Shown: one piece after another, positions 9,489 through 18,331 of the stretch
Numbering within the stretch: the first letter of the stretch is position 1
Layout: every line of letters begins with the position of its first letter
DNA from: a bacterium
GTDB lineage: Bacteria > UBA8248 > JACPRG01 > G963555815
DNA: 64,000 nt
Direction: 5' to 3'
Assembly (NCBI GenBank): GCA_965261595.1
Contig: CBDHDG010000007.1
Coordinates: forward strand, 512,001 to 576,000
Program-made: the position numbers and the translations under genes
Notes under the pieces: generated by a model
Databases searched by the model: none
What the model saw: the letters and a program-made list of their open reading frames with translations, nothing else
What the model was told of the DNA's origin: nothing

Positions 9489-10880
9489 TTGGACGCACCT
9501 CGAAACGCCCATTCCTCGGATTGGTTTCCCGCCCGCGGTCGCGCGAACGGCCCGCTTTTGCGAGACCTGTTCTATTTGGCCCTGGCGATCCGGGCGCTGG
9601 CGCTCATCCCCGTCCTCTGGGCGTTCGCGGCGGGAGAGCCGCCCTACCTGGGCGGGGACTGGGGCGCGTTTCATGAATGGGCGAAGGGCATCCTCTCCGG
9701 CGCCGGCATGCTCGCCGACGGCCTCCCCACGGCCGAGTATGCGCCCCTTTATCCGCTTTTCATCGCCGGCGTTTACGCGATAGCGGGGGTTTCTCCCTGG
9801 GCCGTCCTGGTTGCGCAGACGGTCGTGGGCGCGCTGGCCTGTCCCATCATCGCGGCCGCCGCCGGGGATTTGGGCGGGGGGGCCGGGGGGATCGGCAGAA
9901 AATGCGCCACCGTCGCCGGCCTTCTCTACGCCCTCTATCCGCCTTTTATCAAGGCGGAGCATCTCGTCATGACGGAATCCCTGTACGTCTTTTGGGTGAT
10001 CGCGTGCCTGTGGGTCCTGGTCCGGCTCAACCGTAGGTTCTCCTGGGGCGGGATGGCCCTGCTGGGTCTGGCGGGCGCGCTCGGCTCTTTGACGAAGCCG
10101 TCCCTTGCGATCTTCCCGGTGGTATGCGGTGCGGCCCTGGTGGTCCGGGACTGGGCCCGGACGAAAGATTTTTGGAGACCGGCCGGCAAGGGCCTCGTCA
10201 TGGCGCTGGTCTTCGCGGCGGTTCTCTCCCCCTGGGTGGTCCGGAACTACGGGATTTTCGGCCGGTTCGTCCCCCTGGGGACGGAGGGGGGGGCCGTCTT
10301 CTACGACGGCGTCAACCTCAAGGACGGCTGGAAGCCGGGGTTCCGGACGAAGGACGAGGTCACGGCCCGGGCCGCGCGGATCGCCTCCGAGCCGGAGCGC
10401 AGCGCGTTCCTGATGAGGGCCGGTCTGAAGAAGATCGTCTCCGATCCGTCCCGGCTGCCTCGGCTTCTCGCCGTCAAGGCCGCCTTTTTCTGGAGCCCGT
10501 TCGATTGGGAGATCTTCCTCGGGGGAACGTACAGCTTCGGGTTCGTGTTCCTTCTTCCGTTCGCGGTCTGCGCCTTTTTCAAGCGCCGGCCCGCCGGCGG
10601 AATGGGCCGGGAGGACGGCTGGAGGGCTTCGGCGCTCTGGCCGGCCTGGGGGATCGTGATCTACTACTTTCTCCTGGGCATTGCCTTCATCGGCTCGCCC
10701 CGGTTGCGGCTTCCGGCCGAGGCGGGCATCCTGATCCTGGCGGCCCTGGGGGTCGTCCGGTTTCTGGAGACCTCCCGGCGCGGGACGCTCTGGACGGCCT
10801 CGGGGGCCTGGCTGGCGGTGAACCTCCTGGTCTTCTTTCTCTCGGACGCCCTGCGGTCTATGCTGAGGGGGATTTTTTGA
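9489..10880 (+). CDS. Membrane glycosyltransferase, GT-C fold (family 39/PMT_2-like)
   Basis: Multi-TM; APLYPLF, MTESLY, LTKP, PWVVRNY, PRLRLP motifs; follows a GT2. Confidence 0.8.
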   Translation: MDAPRNAHSSDWFPARGRANGPLLRDLFYLALAIRALALIPVLWAFAAGEPPYLGGDWGAFHEWAKGILSGAGMLADGLPTAEYAPLYPLFIAGVYAIAGVSPWAVLVAQTVVGALACPIIAAAAGDLGGGAGGIGRKCATVAGLLYALYPPFIKAEHLVMTESLYVFWVIACLWVLVRLNRRFSWGGMALLGLAGALGSLTKPSLAIFPVVCGAALVVRDWARTKDFWRPAGKGLVMALVFAAVLSPWVVRNYGIFGRFVPLGTEGGAVFYDGVNLKDGWKPGFRTKDEVTARAARIASEPERSAFLMRAGLKKIVSDPSRLPRLLAVKAAFFWSPFDWEIFLGGTYSFGFVFLLPFAVCAFFKRRPAGGMGREDGWRASALWPAWGIVIYYFLLGIAFIGSPRLRLPAEAGILILAALGVVRFLETSRRGTLWTASGAWLAVNLLVFFLSDALRSMLRGIF

Positions 10881-10910
10881 GGCGACGCATTTTGAATTCG
10901 GCCGATTGTT

Positions 10911-10990
10911 GGGGGCGGGTACAGAGCCCCGCCCCTACACGCGAACGCCTTCACGATTACTCAATTGTAGGGGCGGGGCTTCAGCCGGGG
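10911..10990. repeat. REP-like inverted repeat pair
   Basis: Perfect 15-bp IR AGCCCCGCCCCTACA (10925-10939) / TGTAGGGGCGGGGCT (10966-10980) with GTAG tetranucleotide. Confidence 0.6.
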
Positions 10991-11026
10991 GGCTGTATGT
11001 ACCCGGTCGTCTAAGGAGGAAGGACG

Positions 11027-12016
11027 CTGAGCTGGCGGGATAAGAAGGTTTTGGTCACCGGGGCGGGCGGATTCATCGGGAGCCACCTGGTCGAGGGGCT
11101 TCTGCGCGAGGGGGCGCGGGTCCGGGGGCTGGTCCGGTACAACTCCCGGGGCGGCGCCGGGTTCCTCTCCGAATCCGCGGCGGAGCACGGCGACCGTCTG
11201 GAGATCATCCACGGCGATCTCAACGTCGAGGAGACCGTCCGCAAGGCCGTCCGGGGCATGGAAGTCGTCTTTCATCTCGCGGCCCTCATCGGCATCCCGT
11301 ACTCCTACGTCCATCCGGCCGAGGTCGTCCGGACCAACGTTATCGGGACGCTCAATGTCCTCCTCGCGGGACGGGACGAGGGAGTCGACCGTGTCATCCA
11401 CACGTCGACCAGCGAGGTGTACGGCTCGGCCGTCTCCGTTCCCATCGCCGAGAGCCATCCCCTTCAGCCCCAATCGCCCTACTCGGCGTCGAAGATCGGC
11501 GCTGACGCCGTCGCCCTCAGCTTTCAGAACGCCTTCGACCTGCCGGTCGCCGTCATCCGGCCCTTCAACGTCTACGGCCCCCGCCAGTCGGCCCGGGCGG
11601 TGATCCCGGCCGTCATCGTCCAGGCGCTCACGCGGGACGTCGTCCGTATCGGCGCGACGCATCCCACCCGGGACCTGACGTTCGTCGGCGACACGGTCCG
11701 GGGGTTCATGGCGATGGGCGAGGTCCCCGGCGCCATCGGGCAGACCGTCAACATCGGCTCAGGGTTCGAGATCTCGATTGGCGAATTGGCCGAAAAGATC
11801 ATCGAGCGCGTCGGCCGTCCCGTCCGGCTGGAGACCGACGCCTCCCGCCTGCGTCCCGCCAAGAGCGAGGTCACGCGCCTTTGGGCGTACAACAAGAAGG
11901 CCAAGGACCTGCTCGGCTGGGAACCCGAAGTCTCCCTGGATGAGGGCCTCGACCGGACCATCGCGTATATCAAAGACCACCTGGACGATTACGACCCGGA
12001 CCGCTACGCGGTGTAG
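11027..12016 (+). CDS. NAD-dependent nucleotide-sugar epimerase/4,6-dehydratase
   Basis: VLVTGAGGFIGSHL, TSTSEVYG, YSASK; probable CTG start at 11027 after AAGGAGG. Confidence 0.9.
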   Translation: MSWRDKKVLVTGAGGFIGSHLVEGLLREGARVRGLVRYNSRGGAGFLSESAAEHGDRLEIIHGDLNVEETVRKAVRGMEVVFHLAALIGIPYSYVHPAEVVRTNVIGTLNVLLAGRDEGVDRVIHTSTSEVYGSAVSVPIAESHPLQPQSPYSASKIGADAVALSFQNAFDLPVAVIRPFNVYGPRQSARAVIPAVIVQALTRDVVRIGATHPTRDLTFVGDTVRGFMAMGEVPGAIGQTVNIGSGFEISIGELAEKIIERVGRPVRLETDASRLRPAKSEVTRLWAYNKKAKDLLGWEPEVSLDEGLDRTIAYIKDHLDDYDPDRYAV

Positions 12017-12518
12017 GGGGCTGCGCTGAGCAGTTGGTGTCATTCCGAGAGCAACGAGGAATCTCGCCTTGGTTCAAGCCCTTCAGGGCGGCGCCCCGTG
12101 GAGAGATCCCGCGATGGCGTTTTCCGATGTCTCGCTAAGACGAAGATCCTATTTTGAGGACCACATATTCCTTAATCCACTGATTTTATTGTGATTCAGC
12201 CTTTGGGTTTGGATCGTACTTTTACATTGTGCGCGGCCCCCCCCCTCCTAATCGGTGTGACCGTCCATCCTTCGGCAAGCCGGGCATCATGTCATCCATC
12301 GGTAGGCCGGGCATCCTGCCCGGCTGTATGGAACAATTCGGGTCTCGAAACGCAATGCCATTGACCAGACACCCCACCAACTCGCGTACCAGTCGCCCTT
12401 TCTTTGAAGCAGGGATTGGGCGGTTTTGGTTGTATTGGCTGAAAAGGTTCATAGGATTGAATTTAGGAAATATAAAGCGAAAGTCAAATCATCTGCGGCG
12501 GGCCCCACGTCACCCAGG

Positions 12519-12920
12519 GTAATGTCACGAGTTTTGTGTAGAAGTGCAGAGAGGGTTTGTCTCCCACTAGGTGTTAATGCGGTGGAACACGCTGTAGGCG
12601 ACGCGTTCCAGGGACTCGTTGTTGTTCATGACGGTCATGGGTCTGGTTCTTCGTCTCACCTCCCGAAAGACCCGCTCAATGGGGTTTATCGTGCGCAGGG
12701 TGACCCGAAGGGCGGGGGGCTCTTGGAAGTGGGCCAACAACGTCTCGAGGTCGCTCTCGATGCACGCCACCGCCTTGGGCTCCCGCCCTCGCCACTGCTT
12801 GGCACATCGCCAAAAGGCGGCGATGGCCGCCCGGCGGCTGTGGGCCTCGTAGATCCTTTGTGCGCCCGAGACCACCGCCTCCTGGTTGCGCTTTCGGACC
12901 TTCTTCACGACGTTTTGCAT
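12519..12920 (-). mobile_element. IS256-family remnant (transposase C-terminus plus right end)
   Basis: LRTINPIERVFREVRRRTR motif; IS256-like end sequence GGTAATGTCACGAGTTTTGTGTA near 12519. Confidence 0.75.
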
Positions 12921-13092
12921 CTTGATTCATCCGTAAAGCCGTTCTTTCCAGCCGTGAGGTCCTATTATCCTATTGATATTATTGAGAATATATATGATTT
13001 CCAATCTCATTCAGAACCTGCCTTCTGCAGTCCGTAATCAAAATGAAAGCGGATTCGTTAAAACTCCTGCGCATCTCGGCGAGTCCCTGTCG

Positions 13093-13445
13093 GTAACCGT
13101 TCGGACGGGCCGTGATGGGGGGTTAATTTAGCTGTTGAGGGTTCGTTTCCAATTTTTTTTGAGGGGGCGGAGCCAGATATCCTTTTTCGGTTGGGCGCGT
13201 CTCGTGTACCTGTCGTAGCGTCCGCGTCCCTGGGTGGTTCCGACGTGGGTCCATCCCGATGCCCTGTAGACGGCGCCGGTGTAGCGGGGGGTCTCGACGA
13301 AGGTTTCGATGAGCACGGGGGTGGTGTTGTAGCGCTCGGCCCAGTCCTGGGGCAGGCGACGGCGGACGATGGCGAGGATGTGCGAGCCCAGGTTGGGGAT
13401 CTTGATCCAGGGCAGGATGAGGAACCTCGGGTTGTCGACCACGAG
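13093..13445 (-). pseudogene. DUF4338 protein C-terminal remnant with IS66-like terminal sequence
   Basis: RFLILPW.KIPNLGSHIL...LIETFVE...G..YRASGWTHVGTTQGRGR; GTAACCGTTC end at 13093; 5' part replaced by the IS3 element. Confidence 0.7.
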
Positions 13446-14857
13446 TGGAGTTACCCCGTTTTTGTGGACACCTTCAGACTGTGCGGAGGAGGTGTTCAGA
13501 TGCCGAAAACTCATTCACCCTACGCGCCGGAGTACCGGCGCCAGATGGTTGAGCTGGTTCGCTCGGGGCGTACGCCCGGGGAGCTGGCCCTGGAGTTCGA
13601 GTGTTCCGCTTCGGCGATTCGCAACTAGGTGCGCCAGGCCGACCGCGACGAGGGCCGTCGTGAGGACGGTCTGACAAGCTCAGAGCTCGAGGAGCTACGG
13701 CGGCTTCGTCGGGACAATCGTCAGCTTCGCGAAGAACGCGAGATACTGGCAAAAGCTACGGCCTGGTTCGCTCGGGAGACCGGCTCGGTCCGGGCGAAGT
13801 CTTCGAGCTCGTGAAGGCGAATCAGGCCCATCATCGGGTGGCCACGATGTGCCGGGTGCTGGGCGTCTCCCCCAGCGGGTACTACGCGTGGCGAGGCCGT
13901 GGGCGTTCTCCTCGTGCGAAGCGCGACGAGGTGTTGGGGGGCACGATACGGGCCATCCACGAGGCATCTGGTGGCACCTACGGGGCGCCTCGGGTTCATG
14001 CCGAGCTGATGGCCGGCGGCTGCCGGGTGAGCCGAAAACGGGTGGCTCGTCTGATGCGCGAGGCAGGGTTGGCCGGGGTGAGCCGACGCCGAGGCATGCG
14101 CACTACGCGCGTGGACCAGAGCCATTGTGTGGTCCCGGACCGGGTCGAACGCCAGTTCCAGGCCGATGGGCCGGACCGAATCTGGGTGGCCGACATCACC
14201 TACGTGCCGACCTGGGCGGGGTTCGTGTACTTGGCCATCGTGCTCGACGTGTTCAGCCGCCGGGTGGTGGGATGGTCGATGGCCCATCATCTTCGCACCG
14301 AGCGGGTGCTCGGGGCGCTCAACATGGCGCTGGGACAGCAGCCGGCCCTATAGGGTCGTGCATCATTCGGACCGGGGAACGCAGTACACTTCGCTCGCCT
14401 TTGGCAAGCGTTGCCGGGAGATGGGGGTGCTTCCATCGACCGGGTCGGCCGGGGACTGCTTTGATAACGCCATGGCCGAGAGCTTTTTCGCCGCGCTGGA
14501 GTGCGAGATCATCGACCGGCGTTCGTTCCGTACCCAGGCCGAAGCGCGCATGGCGATCTTCCAATTCATCGAAGGCTGGTACAACCCACGCCGCCGGCAC
14601 TCCGCCCTGGGTTACCTCAGCCCCAACGACTACGAGCGGTCCGCGGCGAAGGAAACGCCACGTGCAGTGCGCAACGCTCATCGTCCGGCTCGAGCCGGCC
14701 CCGGTGCTTCCCGGAGCAGCGAGCCAAAGGTCAAGACATACCCCCCGGGGGCACCCTGTCTATCGGATCGGGAGAAGACTGTACGTCCACCGGCTGTCGC
14801 CCACCTCAGGGCTGGGGACGACAGCCCTAAACTGTCCACTGAAACGGGGTAACTCCA
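13446..14857 (+). mobile_element. IS3-family element, inactivated
   Basis: IRs TGGAGTTACCCCGTTTTTGTGGACA / TGTCCACTGAAACGGGGTAACTCCA; orfA from 13500 with in-frame TAG at 13626; orfB (WVADITY, HSDRGTQY, DNAMAESFF) frameshifted near 14345; no TSD. Confidence 0.92.
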
Positions 14858-15287
14858 CTTCGTCATTTTGCCCTTGTGTGGACTCCGCTTAGGGTCGCTA
14901 GACAGGCACCGGGCATCATCGCTTGATTCTCTCCAAGATAAGGGCAAATGTCTTCCTGGATACACCGACCTCGGCCAACTGGAAGGTGATGTGGCGGGCG
15001 TACCGCACGAGCCGGCCGCCCATTTTGAGGAGCTTAAGCTGAAGGCCGCGTAACGACCAGTGCTTGATCCCTCTCGGCAGGCCAGCAATCCCGCATCCGA
15101 AGTCATTCTGGTTCCGTGAAACTCAAGCCTCAGCCGACGCTCAAAACGGACCTTCAACGCCCACTTTTTCGCTTCACCCATTGGATTACCCCGCGAGAGG
15201 ATGGCTCGGGGAGGCTCATGCATTGATTTTACTCCAGAAAATGTCCTCCGGTCCGACAAAAGTTATGATCCATATGGGATATCTGGG
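14858..15287 (-). mobile_element. Internally deleted mini-IS1380 (copy 1, right part truncated by IS3)
   Basis: Left end CCCAGATATCCCATATGG; transposase N-terminus (EFHGTRMTSDAGLL) joined to C-terminus (KHWSL..LQLKLLKMGGRLVRYARHITFQLAEV); matches 33094-33395 + 34804-34931. Confidence 0.85.
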
Positions 15288-15453
15288 GTAAATACGACCA
15301 TTCGGTAACTTTTGAATGGGATTTGCATTACGAATTATCAATTAAGCTATCTCACTTAGTTTTAGATTAATGACTATGTGTGCGGATTAATTTCAGTCTT
15401 CATATATAGTATAAATTACCCGTTTGTGGGTCACTCGATCGGGAGAAATATCC

Positions 15454-16194
15454 ATGTCCACACCGAAAATTCTCTTCATTGATGACGAAGAAAACATTCG
15501 CACCTTTGTTCAGGTTAGTCTTGAGGTCATCGCCGGGTTTGAGGTTCTTCTGGCTTCCAGCGGCGCCGAGGGGCTTGAAATGGCCGCCCGGGAAAAGCCC
15601 GTCGCCATTTTGCTGAATGTCGTCATGCCCGACATGGAGGGTCCGGAAGTTCTGGAGAAGCTGAGGCAGGATGAGCGCTGCGTCGGCATTCCGGTCATTT
15701 TCCTGACCGCAAGATCCAGGTTGGCGCAGATCGAGCATCTGAAATCGCTCGGTGCCCTGGAGGTCTTGGCGAAGCCGCTCCACCCCATGGAATTCGCGGA
15801 GAATGTGCGGCGGATCATCTCCCGGTTTCATCCCTTCCAATCAGACAAACTCACCCTTTTGGACCTGGAAGAGCGCTATCTCCAGCGGCTGGAGGGGCGG
15901 GTTCAAGACCTCAGGGCGCGATTTGGAGAATTGAAAGAGCGCGAGGGCGGCGCGCCCCCGAGTGAGGGCCTTCAGAAAACGAAGGAAGTCCTGCTCTACC
16001 TGGCCAACGCGTTTCACAGTCTCGCCGGCAGCGGGACAACGCACGGGTTCGCGGCGATCCGCCGGGTCGCGGGTTCGGCGGAAAGCTGTATCCTGGGCCA
16101 CCTGGAAATGGAGGCCGAGCTGTCGGGCGAGGCGATGGCCAAGATCAGTGCGTACATCGATGAGCTGGACCGCTATCGGAAGATCGCCGTTTAG
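15454..16194 (+). CDS. Receiver-like domain fused to Hpt domain
   Basis: KILFIDDE, PVIFLTA, AKP receiver motifs, but acceptor site reads ILLNVVMP; C-terminal FHSLAGSG Hpt motif. Confidence 0.82.
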   Translation: MSTPKILFIDDEENIRTFVQVSLEVIAGFEVLLASSGAEGLEMAAREKPVAILLNVVMPDMEGPEVLEKLRQDERCVGIPVIFLTARSRLAQIEHLKSLGALEVLAKPLHPMEFAENVRRIISRFHPFQSDKLTLLDLEERYLQRLEGRVQDLRARFGELKEREGGAPPSEGLQKTKEVLLYLANAFHSLAGSGTTHGFAAIRRVAGSAESCILGHLEMEAELSGEAMAKISAYIDELDRYRKIAV

Positions 16195-16440
16195 CGCCAT
16201 TCTCGTGTGTTCCCGGCTCTCGCGCCGTGTGCCGGCGCAGGCGCGAATGCCCGTTTTGAAACCGGCTTCTCGGGGGGAGGCGTTTGGCCGAACCCCTATC
16301 GCGGTTCCGTAGACCGTATGGGCGAGACCGGCCCCCGGTGCGGATGTACAATTGCGCGCGGAGTTCGGCGCGTGTATGTTGAGGGTGGACTTGGGTCCGC
16401 GGCGGTGAAACCGGCCGCCCGAATTTTTGCTGACTTTGTC

Positions 16441-16503
16441 TTGACAGAAGGGCCGAATCCCAAACATTATATAACCCGTGTAGGCTGTGATTTATTTCAC
16501 AAG
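16441..16503 (+). promoter_or_regulatory. Sigma70-like promoter with downstream TGTGA-N6-TCACA palindrome (CRP/Rex-type operator)
   Basis: TTGACA at 16441, AT-rich -10 near 16465-16474, TGTGA TTTATT TCACA at 16486-16501. Confidence 0.65.
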
Positions 16504-16678
16504 ATGAAGCGTCCGGAAAGCGGAGGTTCATGCGTCGAATCTCGGCGGCGGTCGGGGAATACCGCACTTTCGTTCTGAACGGACGAGTTTTCGGAGGGAA
16601 TGTCACCGGGTCGGTCGGGTTCTGAGGGGGCGCCGTCGTTATCACTTCGCCGAACAGGCAAGAAAAAGGATACGGGAC

Positions 16679-17419
16679 ATGCGCAGAAGTCTAATCGGTT
16701 TCATCGCACTCGGATTGAGCGTGGCTCTCGTGGCGCCCGCCTCGGCCTACAAATCGAAAAAGGGCATCGAAGGAGGAACCATCGCGGGCGTGGTGAAGTT
16801 TGACGGAACGCCGCCCGCTCCAATGAAGCTCGAGGTCAACAAGAACCCGGAAGTCTGCGGCAAAAATCCGATCTTTGATGAAAGCCTGGTGGTGGGCGAA
16901 GGCGGCGGCATCCGTTGGGCGGTCGCCCGGCTCATCGATATCAAGAGCGGGAAGAAGTGGAGCAAAAAGGTTTGGGGCAAGAAGAAGGCGGTCATCGATC
17001 AAAACGGGTGCTTTTTCTCCCCGCATGTCTTGCTCCTGAAAAGAAAGCGGTCCCTGACGATCTTGAACAACGACGGGCTCCTCCATAACTTCCATAGCTT
17101 CCCCGAGGTGAACAAGGGCGTGAACCGGGCGCAGCCCAAGTTCCTGAAGAAGATGACCCTGAAGGGGAAGAAATACTTTTCAAAGCCCGAGATTCTCACC
17201 GTCAAGTGCGACGTTCACGGCTGGATGAAGGGCGTCGTCGTAGTGGCCGAGCACCCCTACTACGCGGTGACCGGAGCGGACGGCAAGTTCGAGCTGACCC
17301 GTGTTCCACCCGGCGAATACAAGCTCGAGATCTGGCACGAGACCCTGGGCGTATCGGTCCAGGCGGTGACGGTCAAGGCCAATGAAACAGCGACCGTTGC
17401 CGTAAGCCTGAAGAAATAG
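16679..17419 (+). CDS. Exported carboxypeptidase-regulatory-like/cupredoxin-like protein
   Basis: Signal peptide ending ASA; DQNGCFFSPHV, LHNFH, CDVHGWM; C-terminal VTGADGKFEL..VPPGEYKLEIWHE. Confidence 0.75.
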   Translation: MRRSLIGFIALGLSVALVAPASAYKSKKGIEGGTIAGVVKFDGTPPAPMKLEVNKNPEVCGKNPIFDESLVVGEGGGIRWAVARLIDIKSGKKWSKKVWGKKKAVIDQNGCFFSPHVLLLKRKRSLTILNNDGLLHNFHSFPEVNKGVNRAQPKFLKKMTLKGKKYFSKPEILTVKCDVHGWMKGVVVVAEHPYYAVTGADGKFELTRVPPGEYKLEIWHETLGVSVQAVTVKANETATVAVSLKK

Positions 17420-17599
17420 GGATGTTTCGGAAGGCTGTCCGGCCTTCTTCGGAGTTCCCCGAATCGCGTAGGATTCGGCGAAGTGCAGGGGGGAGAGAAG
17501 GGACTTTGTGTGACCGCGATCGGCGCTTGCCGGCGCACGACCCGGGACGGCGCTCTTCCCATAGGCGACGATTAACCTGAGAAGGACGGATCAAGGCCC

Positions 17600-18259
17600 A
17601 TGCTGAGCTGGCTCCCAGAAAATGTTTCCACCTACGGAGGGGAGATCGATTCCCTCTTCTATGTCATCTACTACATCACACTGATCGCCTTCCTGCTGGT
17701 GGCGATCACGATGATCGTCTTTCTCATCAAATATCGGCATCGGGAAGGTCGGCGCGCGACCTACACCCACGGGAACAACACCCTCGAGGTGATCTGGACC
17801 ATTGTTCCGGCCGTTATCCTCGTCATCCTGGCCTTCATGGGGCAGGATTTGTGGGAAAATATCAAAATGCGAACCCCCCCGGGGGACGTCCATGTCCAAG
17901 TGACCTCGAAGCAGTTCAACTGGGACATGGTTTATCCCGGACCGGACAAGAAGTTCGGGACGAAGGACGACCTCAAGATCGAGAACGAGCTGCACGTTCC
18001 GGTCAACAAGGTCGTGATCCTGACGCTGATGTCGACGGACGTGATTCACAGCTTCTTCGTCCCCAACCTGAGGCTCAAGCAGGACACCCTGCCGGGCAGG
18101 GAGATCCCGGCTTGGTTCGAGGCCATCAAGGCCGGAACCTACGAAATCCCGTGCGCCGAGTTGTGCGGGTTCGGCCATTCAGGCATGAAGGGAACATTGA
18201 TTGTTCACACCCCGGCCGATTACGCCAAGTGGGTCAAGAAGCATTGGCCGTCCTCCTAG
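17600..18259 (+). CDS. coxB: Cytochrome c oxidase subunit II
   Basis: Two TM helices, LEVIWTIVP, DVIHSF, CuA motif CAELCGFGHSGM; no fused cytochrome c. Confidence 0.96.
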   Translation: MLSWLPENVSTYGGEIDSLFYVIYYITLIAFLLVAITMIVFLIKYRHREGRRATYTHGNNTLEVIWTIVPAVILVILAFMGQDLWENIKMRTPPGDVHVQVTSKQFNWDMVYPGPDKKFGTKDDLKIENELHVPVNKVVILTLMSTDVIHSFFVPNLRLKQDTLPGREIPAWFEAIKAGTYEIPCAELCGFGHSGMKGTLIVHTPADYAKWVKKHWPSS

Positions 18260-18331
18260 CCCGCCGGAACCGGAAGGGCACGAGGGCGATTCGAAACAAC
18301 CCCAGGAGTTCCCGATTGCAAAGGGGGGGAG

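Noticed and set aside
12222..12452. 76-aa ORF containing a short imperfect tandem repeat
   Set aside because: No recognisable domain or convincing RBS; adjacent to IS debris
13128..13445. DUF4338 as a Druantia defence gene
   Set aside because: Only a truncated C-terminus among IS remnants, with no other Druantia components
13626..13628. In-frame TAG in IS3 orfA as recoding/pyrrolysine
   Set aside because: Replaces a conserved Trp (TGG>TAG) and orfB is also frameshifted, so it is simple decay
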